This document shows positions 40,804 to 50,121 of a stretch of DNA of 64,000 nucleotides, piece after piece. The notes under the pieces are model-generated. The model had not been told where the DNA came from and ran no database searches. It saw only the letters and a list, made by a program, of their open reading frames with translations. Both the position numbers and the translations under genes were made by a program. The DNA is taken from contig CAZVQW010000015.1 of NCBI GenBank assembly GCA_964629475.1, positions 7,248-71,247 on the forward strand. The letters run 5' to 3'. The stretch is from an uncultured Chromatiaceae bacterium (GTDB lineage: Bacteria; Pseudomonadota; Gammaproteobacteria; Steroidobacterales; GCA-2729495). Positions within the stretch are counted from its first letter, which is position 1. Each line of letters starts with the position of its first letter.

Positions 40804-42690
40804 ATGAGTAAATCCTACGACGCCTCGGATATCGAGGTTCTGAGCGGGCTGGATCCGGTGCGCCGCCGGCCCGGCATGTATACCGATACGAGTCGGCCGA
40901 ATCATCTGGCCCATGAGGTCGTCGACAATAGTGTTGACGAGGCGATCTCCGGTCATTGCAAGCGTATCGATGTCAAACTTTACGCCGACGGCTCACTCGA
41001 GGTCAGCGACGACGGTCGCGGCATGCCGGTGGACAAGCACCCGAAGGAAAAGATACCCGGTGTCGAACTGATTCTGACGCGCCTGCATGCCGGCGGTAAG
41101 TTTTCGGGTAAAAACTACAAATACTCTGGTGGCCTGCACGGTGTCGGCGTTTCGGTCGTCAATGCATTATCGAAAAATCTCGAGATCTGGATTCGGCGCA
41201 ATTCGAAGGAATACAACCTGAGCTTCAAGGGGGGCAAGCGGGTCGGCAAGCTCGAGGTTGTTGGGTCGGTCGGCAAACAGAATACCGGTACGACGATTCG
41301 TTTCTGGCCTGATCCAAAATACTTCGATTCCAACAAGTTTTCGCTGCCGCAACTCCAGCATGTTTTGCGCGCAAAAGCGGTGCTGTGTCCCGGCCTGAAG
41401 ATCAAATTCGAGGTCGAAAAGCCGCAACAGAAATTTGAATGGCAGTACGAGGGCGGGCTCGAACAATATCTTGCCGAATGCCTCGGTGATATTGAGACCT
41501 TGCCCGAGGTGCCGTTCGGCGGCAGCATGCGCGGTAGTCGCGAAGAGATCGACTGGTCCGTGGTCTGGGTGGCTGATGGTGGGCCGGCGGTCGCCGAATC
41601 TTACGTCAACCTCGTGCCTACCGCTCAGGGTGGTACGCACGTCAACGGGTTCCGTGCCGGTCTGACCGAAGCCGTTCGCGAGTTCTGCGAATTCCGCAAC
41701 CTCGTGCCACGCGGATTGCGCATTGCGCCGGAAGATGTCTGGGATGGCGTCAGTTTCATTTTGTCGGTCAAGATTGAAGATCCACAATTCTCCGGACAGA
41801 CGAAAGAACGGCTGTCATCGCGGGAATGTGCCGCGTTCGTATCGGGCATTATCAAGGATGAGTTCGGCGCCTGGCTGAATCAGCATCCGGAGTCCGGCGA
41901 CCTGATCGCGCAGCGCGTGATTGCGGCCGCGCAACGGCGGCTCAAGGCCAACAAGAAGGTGGTGCGCAAGAAGATTGTCAGTGGCCCCGCGTTACCCGGC
42001 AAACTGGCGGACTGTAGCTGTTCTGAGCCGGAACGCAGTGAGTTGTTTCTCGTTGAGGGCGATTCTGCCGGCGGCTCGGCCAAGCAGGGTCGCGATCGTG
42101 AAACGCAGGCGATATTGCCGTTGCGGGGCAAGATTCTGAACACGTGGGAAGTCGATCAGGGCGAATTGCTTGGTTCGGCGGAGGTCAACAATATCAGCAT
42201 CGCCATCGGCATCGATCCGGGTGAAGAGGATCTGTCGGCGCTGCGCTATCACAAGATCTGTATTCTTGCCGATGCAGACTCGGACGGTCTGCATATCGCC
42301 ACGCTGATCTGTGCATTATTCGCCCGGCATTTCCCTGCGCTGATTCGTGCTGGGCATGTGTATGTCGCGATGCCGCCGCTCTATCGTATCGATGTCGGCA
42401 AGGAAGTGTTTTATGCGCTCGATGAAGGTGAGCGAGAGGGTGTTCTGGATCGTATTCGCACTGAAAAGCTCAAAGGAAAAATCAATGTCACGCGTTTCAA
42501 AGGTCTCGGCGAGATGAACCCGACCCAATTACGGGAAACGACGATGGCCAGCGAAACGCGACGACTTGCGCAGCTGACAATTACCGCGGATGACAAGACC
42601 GAGCAGATGTTCGACATGTTGCTGGCCAAGAAGCGGGCGAAGGACCGCAAGGCCTGGTTGCAGTCCAAGGGTAATCTCGCGGAAGTTTGA
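40804..42690 (+). CDS. parE: DNA topoisomerase IV subunit B
   Basis: GHKL ATPase motifs ([16 protein letters not shown]) and Toprim ([17 protein letters not shown]). 628 aa, directly upstream of parC. Confidence 0.9.
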   Translation: MSKSYDASDIEVLSGLDPVRRRPGMYTDTSRPNHLAHEVVDNSVDEAISGHCKRIDVKLYADGSLEVSDDGRGMPVDKHPKEKIPGVELILTRLHAGGKFSGKNYKYSGGLHGVGVSVVNALSKNLEIWIRRNSKEYNLSFKGGKRVGKLEVVGSVGKQNTGTTIRFWPDPKYFDSNKFSLPQLQHVLRAKAVLCPGLKIKFEVEKPQQKFEWQYEGGLEQYLAECLGDIETLPEVPFGGSMRGSREEIDWSVVWVADGGPAVAESYVNLVPTAQGGTHVNGFRAGLTEAVREFCEFRNLVPRGLRIAPEDVWDGVSFILSVKIEDPQFSGQTKERLSSRECAAFVSGIIKDEFGAWLNQHPESGDLIAQRVIAAAQRRLKANKKVVRKKIVSGPALPGKLADCSCSEPERSELFLVEGDSAGGSAKQGRDRETQAILPLRGKILNTWEVDQGELLGSAEVNNISIAIGIDPGEEDLSALRYHKICILADADSDGLHIATLICALFARHFPALIRAGHVYVAMPPLYRIDVGKEVFYALDEGEREGVLDRIRTEKLKGKINVTRFKGLGEMNPTQLRETTMASETRRLAQLTITADDKTEQMFDMLLAKKRAKDRKAWLQSKGNLAEV

Positions 42691-42706
42691 AAAAAACAGG
42701 AGGGCC

Positions 42707-44989
42707 ATGAGCGTGCAGAATCAACTGGATTTCGAAGGTATCGAGCAGGTGCCTCTGAAGGAGTTTGCCGAGAAGGCCTACCTCGATTATTCGATGTACG
42801 TCATTCTCGATCGCGCCTTGCCGCACCTGGGTGACGGGCTCAAGCCCGTGCAACGCCGGATTATTTATGCGATGAGCGAACTCGGCCTCGCGGCTGGTGC
42901 TAAGCCGAAGAAGTCGGCACGAACGGTTGGCGACGTTATCGGCAAGTTTCATCCGCATGGCGATACAGCGTGTTACGAGGCGATGGTGCACATGGCGCAG
43001 GAGTTTGCCTACCGCTATCCGATTGTCGACGGGCAGGGCAACTGGGGTTCGTCCGACGATCCGAAATCGTTCGCAGCCATGCGTTATACGGAGTCGCGGC
43101 TGACGCCTTATGCCGATGTTCTGCTGGCCGAGCTCGGGCAGGGCACGGTGGACTGGGGGCCGAATTTTGACGGCTCTCTCGATGAGCCGCTGTTATTGCC
43201 GGCGCGGTTGCCAAATCTGTTGCTGAACGGCACGACCGGCATCGCCGTCGGCATGTCGACCGATTTTCCGCCACATAATGTCAATGAAGTGGTCAGTGCG
43301 CTCGTGCGGCTGCTCGAGGAGCCCAAGACGACAATTCGAGCGCTGTGCAAGCATATCAAGGGACCGGACTATCCAACCGGTGGCGAGATCATCACGCCGC
43401 AGAGCGAGATAATCGAAATCTACAAGACCGGCAACGGTACGCTACGCGCACGCGCAACGTACGATATCGATGACGGTGAAATCATTATCACGAGCCTGCC
43501 TCACCAGGTCTCGGGCAGTCGGGTGCTCGAGCAAATCGCGGCACAGATGCAGGCGAAGAAACTGCCGATGGTCGCCGACCTGCGCGACGAATCCGATCAT
43601 GAAAATCCGACCCGCCTCGTGATTTTGCCGAAATCGAATCGCGTTGATATCGAGACATTGATGGCGCACTTGTTCGCCACGACGGACCTCGAAAAAACGA
43701 TGCGCATCAACCTGAACGTCATCGGCCTCGATGGGCGACCCGGTGTCCGGAACCTGCGTGATCTGCTGGCCGAATGGCTCGAATTTCGGACTATCACCGT
43801 CAAGCGTCGTTTGGCGTATCGACTCGCACGCGTCGAGGAGCGTTTGCATATTCTCGACGGTCGGTTGATCGCGTACCTGAGCATCGACAAGGTCATTAAG
43901 ATCATTCGCACCGAAGACAAGCCGAAAGCCGTATTGATGAAGCGGTTCAAGCTGACTGACATCCAGGCCGAAGACATCCTGAACATTCGTCTGCGTCAGT
44001 TGGCCAAACTGGAGGAGATCAAGATCCGCGATGAGCAGGCGTCGCTGACTGCCGAACGTGACGAGCTGGCGAAGATTTTAAAAAGCAAGGTCCGGCTCAA
44101 AAACCTGCTGCGTGATGAACTCATCGCGGCAGCCGAGGAACATGGCGACGAACGCCGCACGTTGATTGTCGAGCGTACGGCGGCACAAGCGTTGACTGAA
44201 GAAGATCTCGTTGGCAGCGAGCCGGTGACCGTTATCCTGTCCGAGCGCGGTTGGGCACGCGCTGCCAAGGGGCACGATATCGATCCGACCAGTGTCAATT
44301 ACAAATCGGGGGATGGATTTCTTAGCGCCGCTCGCGGCATGAGTAATCAGCAGGCGGTATTCGTCGACTCGACCGGCCGTGCGTACAGTATTGCCGCACA
44401 TTCATTGCCGTCGGCCCGCGGGCAGGGCGAACCGCTGTCCGGCCGGTTGAACCCTGCCGACGGTGCGACATTTCGCGGCGTCATGACCGGCGACTCCGGT
44501 TCGCGATGGCTGGTCGCTTCCGATGCCGGTTACGGCTTCTTCGTGCAACTTGAACAGCTCTATTCGCGAAACCGTGCGGGCAAGGCTTGTTTGCGCATTC
44601 CGGTTGGCGGGTCGGTTGTCACTCCCGCCCGATTTCCGCACGCTGATTTTCCCGCCGAAGCCTGGGTCGCGGCCGTCAGTTCGGTCGGCCGGTTGCTTGT
44701 CTTTCCAGCCGATGAATTACCGGAGCTCGCGCGCGGCAAAGGCAACAAGATTCTCGGCATACCGTCTGCGAAGTACAAGGCCGGTGAGGAATGCATGATC
44801 GCGATGCAGGTTCTCGGCGCCGATGAGGGTTTGCGGATTATCAGCGGGCAACGGGCAATGACGCTGAAATGGGAGGATCTTGGACATTACGACGGCAACC
44901 GCGGGCGCAGGGGTAATATGCTGCCCAGGGGCTGGCGTAAGGTAGATCGAGTGTTGCGACTGCCCGTGGAGCCGCCGGCCGAGGAATAA
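42707..44989 (+). CDS. parC: DNA topoisomerase IV subunit A
   Basis: ATG 42707 is preceded by AGGAGGG. Motifs [17 protein letters not shown] and AMRYTE (catalytic Tyr). The 39-codon track extension overlaps parE and is rejected. Confidence 0.9.
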   Translation: MSVQNQLDFEGIEQVPLKEFAEKAYLDYSMYVILDRALPHLGDGLKPVQRRIIYAMSELGLAAGAKPKKSARTVGDVIGKFHPHGDTACYEAMVHMAQEFAYRYPIVDGQGNWGSSDDPKSFAAMRYTESRLTPYADVLLAELGQGTVDWGPNFDGSLDEPLLLPARLPNLLLNGTTGIAVGMSTDFPPHNVNEVVSALVRLLEEPKTTIRALCKHIKGPDYPTGGEIITPQSEIIEIYKTGNGTLRARATYDIDDGEIIITSLPHQVSGSRVLEQIAAQMQAKKLPMVADLRDESDHENPTRLVILPKSNRVDIETLMAHLFATTDLEKTMRINLNVIGLDGRPGVRNLRDLLAEWLEFRTITVKRRLAYRLARVEERLHILDGRLIAYLSIDKVIKIIRTEDKPKAVLMKRFKLTDIQAEDILNIRLRQLAKLEEIKIRDEQASLTAERDELAKILKSKVRLKNLLRDELIAAAEEHGDERRTLIVERTAAQALTEEDLVGSEPVTVILSERGWARAAKGHDIDPTSVNYKSGDGFLSAARGMSNQQAVFVDSTGRAYSIAAHSLPSARGQGEPLSGRLNPADGATFRGVMTGDSGSRWLVASDAGYGFFVQLEQLYSRNRAGKACLRIPVGGSVVTPARFPHADFPAEAWVAAVSSVGRLLVFPADELPELARGKGNKILGIPSAKYKAGEECMIAMQVLGADEGLRIISGQRAMTLKWEDLGHYDGNRGRRGNMLPRGWRKVDRVLRLPVEPPAEE

Positions 44990-44990
44990 A

Positions 44991-45953
44991 TTAGTCGTTG
45001 ACTTCCTGTTCCGGCAAATCGCGGTCTTCAGCTTCTCTGGCCTGCTCTTTATTGAGTGATCGTTTTATCTCGCTGGATTCGAGGATCTGGCTCGCCGTAA
45101 ACTCATCTTCGAAGTCACGTTCCAGCAGGGTCAGCGCTTCCTGAAGTGTCTGCGCCATGGCCTCTTCATCATCGACTGGTAAATCACTCATTTCACTTTT
45201 GACGGTTGGATCGTCTTCCATTTCGACCAATGCTGAGTCGTCGATATATTCATCGAGCAGGTCGTTTCCAGCTGCAAATAATTCATCTATATCGACAGGC
45301 GCATCCGCGGTGTCGCTGCTCAGTTCAGCGGCCATGCCGGTCGGTATCTCGGCTGTCGGATCAAACATATCGCCATCAAATTCGGACGGTAGTTCATGCG
45401 TCGGATCAAACAGTTGATCATCGGCCTGCTGAGGCATTTCAGCAGTTGGTTCGGAAAATATTTCGGCTGTGTCGTCAGCGTCATCAACAGCGATGTTGCC
45501 TGTCGGATCGAAGATTTCGCTATCGGATTCACCGTCCTCGCCAAAAAGCTGCGCGAGCATCTCGTCGTCAGAATCCTGTTGCGTTGTGTCGAAATTCTCC
45601 AGCGTGCCGGGATCGAAATCCGGCGCTTCGCCCTGTACCGTGTCGTCGGGATGACCGGTCTCGACAATATACGTGTTCTCGGCAGGGTTGCAGATCGGCA
45701 GGGCCTCGGTCTCATCCTGTTGCGTTTCGAACGCCAGGCCGGCTTCTGCCGTGTCGAAAGCATTCTTCACGCCGGTAATCGGCGCTTCATCGCTGGCTCT
45801 GGGCGGCTGTACGGGGGTCTTGGCGGATTTGGGCTGCGTGCTTGCCGGCATTTTGCGCCGGATCAGTCCGAGAACCGCGTCGCTCAACTGGCGCCGGAAT
45901 ATCACGAGGCTGATTATCAAGCCGAGCAGTATACCGACGAGAGTCGCGATCAA
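44991..45953 (-). CDS. TM-anchored acidic protein, the probable cytoplasmic half of a split FimV-like gene
   Basis: TTG start followed by a TM helix IATLVGILLGLIISLVIF, then a D/E-rich region with repeated FDPT motifs. The frame stays open a further 32 codons upstream (to TGA 46050-46052). Confidence 0.55.
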   Translation of the reverse strand: MIATLVGILLGLIISLVIFRRQLSDAVLGLIRRKMPASTQPKSAKTPVQPPRASDEAPITGVKNAFDTAEAGLAFETQQDETEALPICNPAENTYIVETGHPDDTVQGEAPDFDPGTLENFDTTQQDSDDEMLAQLFGEDGESDSEIFDPTGNIAVDDADDTAEIFSEPTAEMPQQADDQLFDPTHELPSEFDGDMFDPTAEIPTGMAAELSSDTADAPVDIDELFAAGNDLLDEYIDDSALVEMEDDPTVKSEMSDLPVDDEEAMAQTLQEALTLLERDFEDEFTASQILESSEIKRSLNKEQAREAEDRDLPEQEVND

Positions 45954-47125
45954 CGGGTTGACCTGGCTGGCCGCTGATTCGCTACGCGGCGTGGTCGTGA
46001 CGACTGGAACAGGCTGGGTACGACGGCGGTGGAATCGGCAGAAGTAGCTTCAGGCGCTACGACCGCAGACACTGGTTGTTCGTCGACAAACGGCGTGATG
46101 ACGCCTGCTTTGCCTTCTTCCGGTGTCGATACTGCGGGTAGTTGTTCAGAATATGTCCTGATTTCTTCCTGACCGACGGCGATGCCGATTTCAGACTCGT
46201 TCGTAAGTGTTGTCGACTCGGGCCGTTCCGGCTCGGTGACGAACACTTCCGGTCGGTTCGTCGCGGCTGACGTAGCAACCGGTGCTGGAATGGGTGCCGG
46301 CACCGGCGCCGGCATTGACAGCGACTCACTGGTTGTTTCGGGGATTGTTTCGGGCTGAGCAAACGATGGAGTGGTAACTGTGGCCGGTGTAACTGTTGCC
46401 CGGCCAGTTTCGAGTCCGACGAGTTCTGCGGCATCCGGAATATTGATCAGCGAGCCGAGTTTGATCAGGTCCGGGTTGTTGCGGATGAAGGCCTGCGGGT
46501 TTGTTGTAAACAACAGGCTGGCAACACTCCAGATCGTATCGGGGGCGCGGCCATTGATCCGCGCCGCAATCGTTGACAACGTATCGCCCGCACGGACCCG
46601 GTAAGCTTTGCCGGCCGGAATCGCGGCTTGCGAGGAGCGCAGAGATCGTGCGGCGTTCTGGCTCGTTGCCTGATCAATAGGCTTAACAGCGGTTTGCGGG
46701 CTTGCCGCAGGTACCCTCAGGGTATCGCCTTGATCTGTCGTGGGTGCAGAAATGACGGTAACGGGAGGCTGTACGCCGGGTATGTCCAGCATGAGTACAT
46801 ATTGCCGGACCAACAGTGGCGTACCGGGGCAGTCGACCAGCAGCGAGATTTCGTACATTGGCTCGTGCAATGGATTTGTCGTCGTGACACGCAGATTGTA
46901 TGTGCCCGCTTTTGTGGCCGCCGGAGTGCTGACTCGGAGGGTTTTCGGTGTACCGATTGTGTTTGTTCCACGAGTCGGTGTGACGCAGTTTTTCGGCAGA
47001 GATTCGCCCGCAGCAAGTACGATCGGTATGGTCGCATTGAGCGGTTGAGCGAGATGCGAATTGACTTTCATTTCGCCCAGACCAACAGCGCCGACCTGTG
47101 CCGGATTGACGGCGAGTAACGCCAT
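45950..47125 (-). CDS. FimV-like periplasmic protein with a LysM-type domain (N-terminal half of the split gene)
   Basis: FimV N-terminal motif GLGEMKVNSHLAQPLNATIPI. LysM-like YRVRAGDTLSTIAARING...NPDLIKLGSLINIP. No convincing signal peptide at the annotated start. Confidence 0.6.
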   Translation of the reverse strand: MALLAVNPAQVGAVGLGEMKVNSHLAQPLNATIPIVLAAGESLPKNCVTPTRGTNTIGTPKTLRVSTPAATKAGTYNLRVTTTNPLHEPMYEISLLVDCPGTPLLVRQYVLMLDIPGVQPPVTVISAPTTDQGDTLRVPAASPQTAVKPIDQATSQNAARSLRSSQAAIPAGKAYRVRAGDTLSTIAARINGRAPDTIWSVASLLFTTNPQAFIRNNPDLIKLGSLINIPDAAELVGLETGRATVTPATVTTPSFAQPETIPETTSESLSMPAPVPAPIPAPVATSAATNRPEVFVTEPERPESTTLTNESEIGIAVGQEEIRTYSEQLPAVSTPEEGKAGVITPFVDEQPVSAVVAPEATSADSTAVVPSLFQSSRPRRVANQRPARSTR

Positions 47126-47407
47126 GCTGCTGTAGATTAGTGATCTGCGAAACGGCCCGGGCCGGGTACCAATGTCGATGCTGACAGCCGGTTCTGCTGT
47201 GCCCAGTATTTCCGCGATGCTTTGGCGCAGATTCGATCTGCCTTATGCCCGTCCCATAAAGCTAGTTCCTGGCTAACGCTCGTTTCCCTGTTTGTAAACC
47301 GCCACAACTCATTTCCGGTTCTGATGGAAAAGCAACAATGTCTTGTTTTACCTGTGCTCAATCATCTAACAATGAGTTATGTCAAGACTGTGACATATTT
47401 CATCTTT

Positions 47408-49501
47408 CTACTGACTGAGCGTCAGCTGTTGCACGTTTTGCGTGTCTTCGAGGACGACGTCCTGCATCTGGATGTAATTGCCCTGAATCAGGCTAATGCC
47501 GAGTTGCCAGAGAGTGGCCATCGTATTTGCGTCTTCGATACGTTCGGCGATCGTCTTGATGCCGAGACTGTCCGCGGCACGTGCGAGATCTTTGACTGTT
47601 TTTTGTGCTTGCGGTTCGCGGTGGAGGCCTTGCATCAGGCTACCGTCGATCTTCATATAATCCATCGGCACATGGTTCAGGACCTGGTCAGAATCACGTC
47701 CCGTGCCAAGGTGATCGATCGCGAAAAGGAAACTGTCTGAACGCAGGGCTTCAGCAATGATCTTGGTCTGTTTCAGGAATTGAACCGCGACCTCTTCGTT
47801 TACCTGAAAACATATCTTTGCGGGATTGACTTGCGAATTATTAATACGCACCTTGAGCCAGTCGAGCAAGGTATCGTCATTGATTGAATCGGCCGACAGG
47901 CGCAGGAATACCAGCGTCGGATCTTTGGCCTTGCAAAATGACAATGAAGCGCCGATAACCCAGCGATCGACATTTTTGATCATGCCGGCCCGCTCGGCTG
48001 CAGAGATAAATTCGCTGGCAAGCACGGCATCACCAAGCTCATCGATCATCTGGACGCGCGTATCGAAGATGCCGTCGATTTCTTCCGTCAGTCCGGTAAT
48101 CGGTTGGTGGACGAGCCGGAGTCGATTCTGCATCAGCGCATTGCGCAGCCGCGGCACCCAAAGTGCGTCTGAGGCTCGTATTGCCTGCGTTTCGTCTGTG
48201 TCGGTACTGAGATGTACACGATTTCCTCCGGCATCACGGCCGGCACGGCATGCTTTCTCAACGTCGTTCAGCAGTTCGGCCGTCGTTAGTTCGGCGCAGC
48301 TGACTTCCGACAGACCGATCGTACACGTCAGTGATGTCGATTGACTGTCGACCTCGAAGACATTGCCCAGGATTTCCTTGCGCAGCTGCTCGGCCCAGAT
48401 TTCGATGTCATTCATCGTGCCGCGTTCGAGCAGAGCAATGAACATCGTGCCGCCGAATCTACCGTACAGGTCTGTCGGTAGCATAAAATCCTTGAGTAAT
48501 TCAGCCAGACGCGTCAGCAGCTTCTCGGTGGCCAGCATGCCGATATCGTCGTGAACACGAGCAAAGTTGTCCGGTCGAAGGTACATGACAGCGCGGACAC
48601 CGCCTGAAAGTGGCTTTTTCAGGCGTTCTTCGACTTTGTCGATAAAATAGTGGCGATGATAGAAGCCGGTTACCGGATCTTTGAACAGGGCCTGTTCGAG
48701 AAGCTGCTCAGGATTGCTGTCCACGGCTTGTTCGCCGGCCACGACGATCCGGACCGCGGGGTCACCTTCGATGGTGACTCTTTCGAGACCGATCTCTACC
48801 GGCACCTGCGAACCATCGGCATGCAGGCCGGTCATTTTCAGCGGTGTGTCGTCCCATTTCTGTTTCAGGCACGCAACCAGCGCCCCCTTGATCATGGGGT
48901 GATCGGATTCCGTGCAGCAATCCATAAAAGGCATATTGATGATTGCCTGCGGGTCGCTGTAACCGAACAATTCGGCCCACTGTGGATTGGCCGTGACAAT
49001 GATGCCTTCCTGTACATCGGCAATCGCCTCAGACGACCCCTGCATCAGTGTTTTGAGTTCCTGTCGATACTGTTGTGCCGATGAGGCGACGCCAGCGAGT
49101 GTGGCTTTGAGCCTGAAGGCCGCGAGCTCACGGCTGACAACGGCCTGAAAACGGTTTCGGTGGGTCAGTGAGACGACGTCATGTGCACCGGATTCCATGG
49201 CCTCGGCAATTGCCTGTTCATCGATCTTATTACGTGCGAGCAGCAGAGTCGGGACCGGGTTTTTCTTTCTTAAACGCTCGACGATTGCCGTGAGTTCATC
49301 GGGTCTTTCGTCGGCAAAATAGATCAGGAGTTCGGGGTGAGTGTTGTCGAGCGCATCATCGAGTTCATTGAGATGCTCTACACGCACGCAATGTACCGGG
49401 TGACCGGCCCGTCTGAGGATGTTGTTGACCGCTGAAAGATTTTCGTCCTGACGAGAATATATGACGAGCGGTACAGCAGCTAAATCAGGCAAAGCGGACA
49501 T
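47408..49501 (-). CDS. FimX-like protein: REC-like, PAS, degenerate GGDEF, degenerate EAL
   Basis: 697 aa. The GGDEF position reads GGTMF. The EAL position reads VQM within DTRVQMIDELGD. DDFGTG is degenerated to DHLGTG, while the KID and QGNY blocks are retained. Confidence 0.75.
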   Translation of the reverse strand: MSALPDLAAVPLVIYSRQDENLSAVNNILRRAGHPVHCVRVEHLNELDDALDNTHPELLIYFADERPDELTAIVERLRKKNPVPTLLLARNKIDEQAIAEAMESGAHDVVSLTHRNRFQAVVSRELAAFRLKATLAGVASSAQQYRQELKTLMQGSSEAIADVQEGIIVTANPQWAELFGYSDPQAIINMPFMDCCTESDHPMIKGALVACLKQKWDDTPLKMTGLHADGSQVPVEIGLERVTIEGDPAVRIVVAGEQAVDSNPEQLLEQALFKDPVTGFYHRHYFIDKVEERLKKPLSGGVRAVMYLRPDNFARVHDDIGMLATEKLLTRLAELLKDFMLPTDLYGRFGGTMFIALLERGTMNDIEIWAEQLRKEILGNVFEVDSQSTSLTCTIGLSEVSCAELTTAELLNDVEKACRAGRDAGGNRVHLSTDTDETQAIRASDALWVPRLRNALMQNRLRLVHQPITGLTEEIDGIFDTRVQMIDELGDAVLASEFISAAERAGMIKNVDRWVIGASLSFCKAKDPTLVFLRLSADSINDDTLLDWLKVRINNSQVNPAKICFQVNEEVAVQFLKQTKIIAEALRSDSFLFAIDHLGTGRDSDQVLNHVPMDYMKIDGSLMQGLHREPQAQKTVKDLARAADSLGIKTIAERIEDANTMATLWQLGISLIQGNYIQMQDVVLEDTQNVQQLTLSQ

Positions 49502-49581
49502 CCTTGTGCAGAGTCTTTTGGGTGCTGGATAACGGAGTTTTGTTTCCGGCTGGTGGAGATTTTAACGACGACCGGTTGGGA

Positions 49582-49655
49582 TTATGTGACCAGCGTCTGA
49601 GTTATGTGGAGGGGTATTTATTATGTAGAAGCCGCGCCGGGATTATGTTTTATGG
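49582..49655. repeat. Array of five TTATG(T/G) motifs at about 20-bp spacing
   Basis: Motif starts are at 49582, 49602, 49621, 49643 and 49650, in the contexts GGGATTATGTGAC, TGAGTTATGTGGA, TTTATTATGTAGA, GGGATTATGTTTT and TTTTATGGTGG. The array lies 81-155 nt upstream of the FimX-like start. Confidence 0.6.
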
Positions 49656-49687
49656 TGGGGTTGGTTGTTGTTGGATTGTGTTTTTCA

Positions 49688-49711
49688 GGGGTAAGTTGGG
49701 GGGGTAAGTTG
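49688..49711. repeat. Tandem direct repeat GGGGTAAGTTG x2 (13-bp period)
   Basis: ggggtaagttg gg ggggtaagttg, read directly. Confidence 0.8.
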
Positions 49712-49733
49712 TAATTTTAGTTTTTCCAAGACC

Positions 49734-49849
49734 GGCCTTTTGTGCCGGGTATATCCCTCGGAAACGCCGCTATCCTTGTTTATTCCTGATTCAAAGGACC
49801 ATGTGTCGCGCCTGAATGTTTCCGAGAGATATACCCGGCACAAAAGGCC
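49734..49849. repeat. Long hairpin A: 32-nt arms (31/32 complementary), 52-nt loop
   Basis: The left arm GGCCTTTTGTGCCGGGTATATCCCTCGGAAAC (49734-49765) pairs with the right arm GTTTCCGAGAGATATACCCGGCACAAAAGGCC (49818-49849). Confidence 0.9.
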
Positions 49850-49906
49850 TTCGACACATCGTGGTTCGCGCACCAATTATCTGTCTTCGTTCCACTACAG
49901 TGTCGA

Positions 49907-50044
49907 GGTCTTTTCCGTCTTCTATCTCTCGGAAACTGTCGCCAACAGGCGCCCGAAGGAAGTGCCCTTGGGGTGGATGGCGGCGCCAAGCCTACAGGGA
50001 TGTATTCACGGTGTGTCTCCGAGAGATAGAAGACGGAAAAGACC
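49907..50044. repeat. Long hairpin B: 30-nt arms (29/30 complementary), 78-nt loop, same family as hairpin A
   Basis: The left arm GGTCTTTTCCGTCTTCTATCTCTCGGAAAC (49907-49936) pairs with the right arm GTCTCCGAGAGATAGAAGACGGAAAAGACC (50015-50044). It shares the outer GGYCTTTT and inner CTCGGAAAC with hairpin A. Confidence 0.9.
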
Positions 50045-50121
50045 GTCCAGGGAAAGATCAAACAGAAACAAAGAATCGCGGCCTGAAACTACTCCCACGA
50101 TTAGTTCGATGGGTATCGTTC

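Noticed and set aside
42590-42706. A 39-codon N-terminal extension of parC overlapping the parE 3' end. Similar upstream extensions occur for purL (13794), ribH (35796), prmB (53652), fimV (56877), dedD (62969), DUF3501 (39955) and the sigma factor (17653).
   Set aside because: The extensions overlap the preceding gene and have atypical composition. Canonical N-termini with Shine-Dalgarno sequences occur at the internal Met codons used in the feature list.
49734-50044. I considered whether the twin hairpins are a CRISPR array, integron attC sites or an SRP/4.5S RNA. The loop of hairpin B contains CCGAAGGAAG, reminiscent of SRP domain IV.
   Set aside because: They are inverted repeats, not direct repeats with spacers, so this is not a CRISPR array. 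attC sites carry RYYYAAC and GTTRRRY at the outer ends, whereas here AAC/GTT are at the inner ends and no integrase is nearby. The SRP-like string lacks the conserved GGAA tetraloop hairpin and the AGCAGCCAAGG context.
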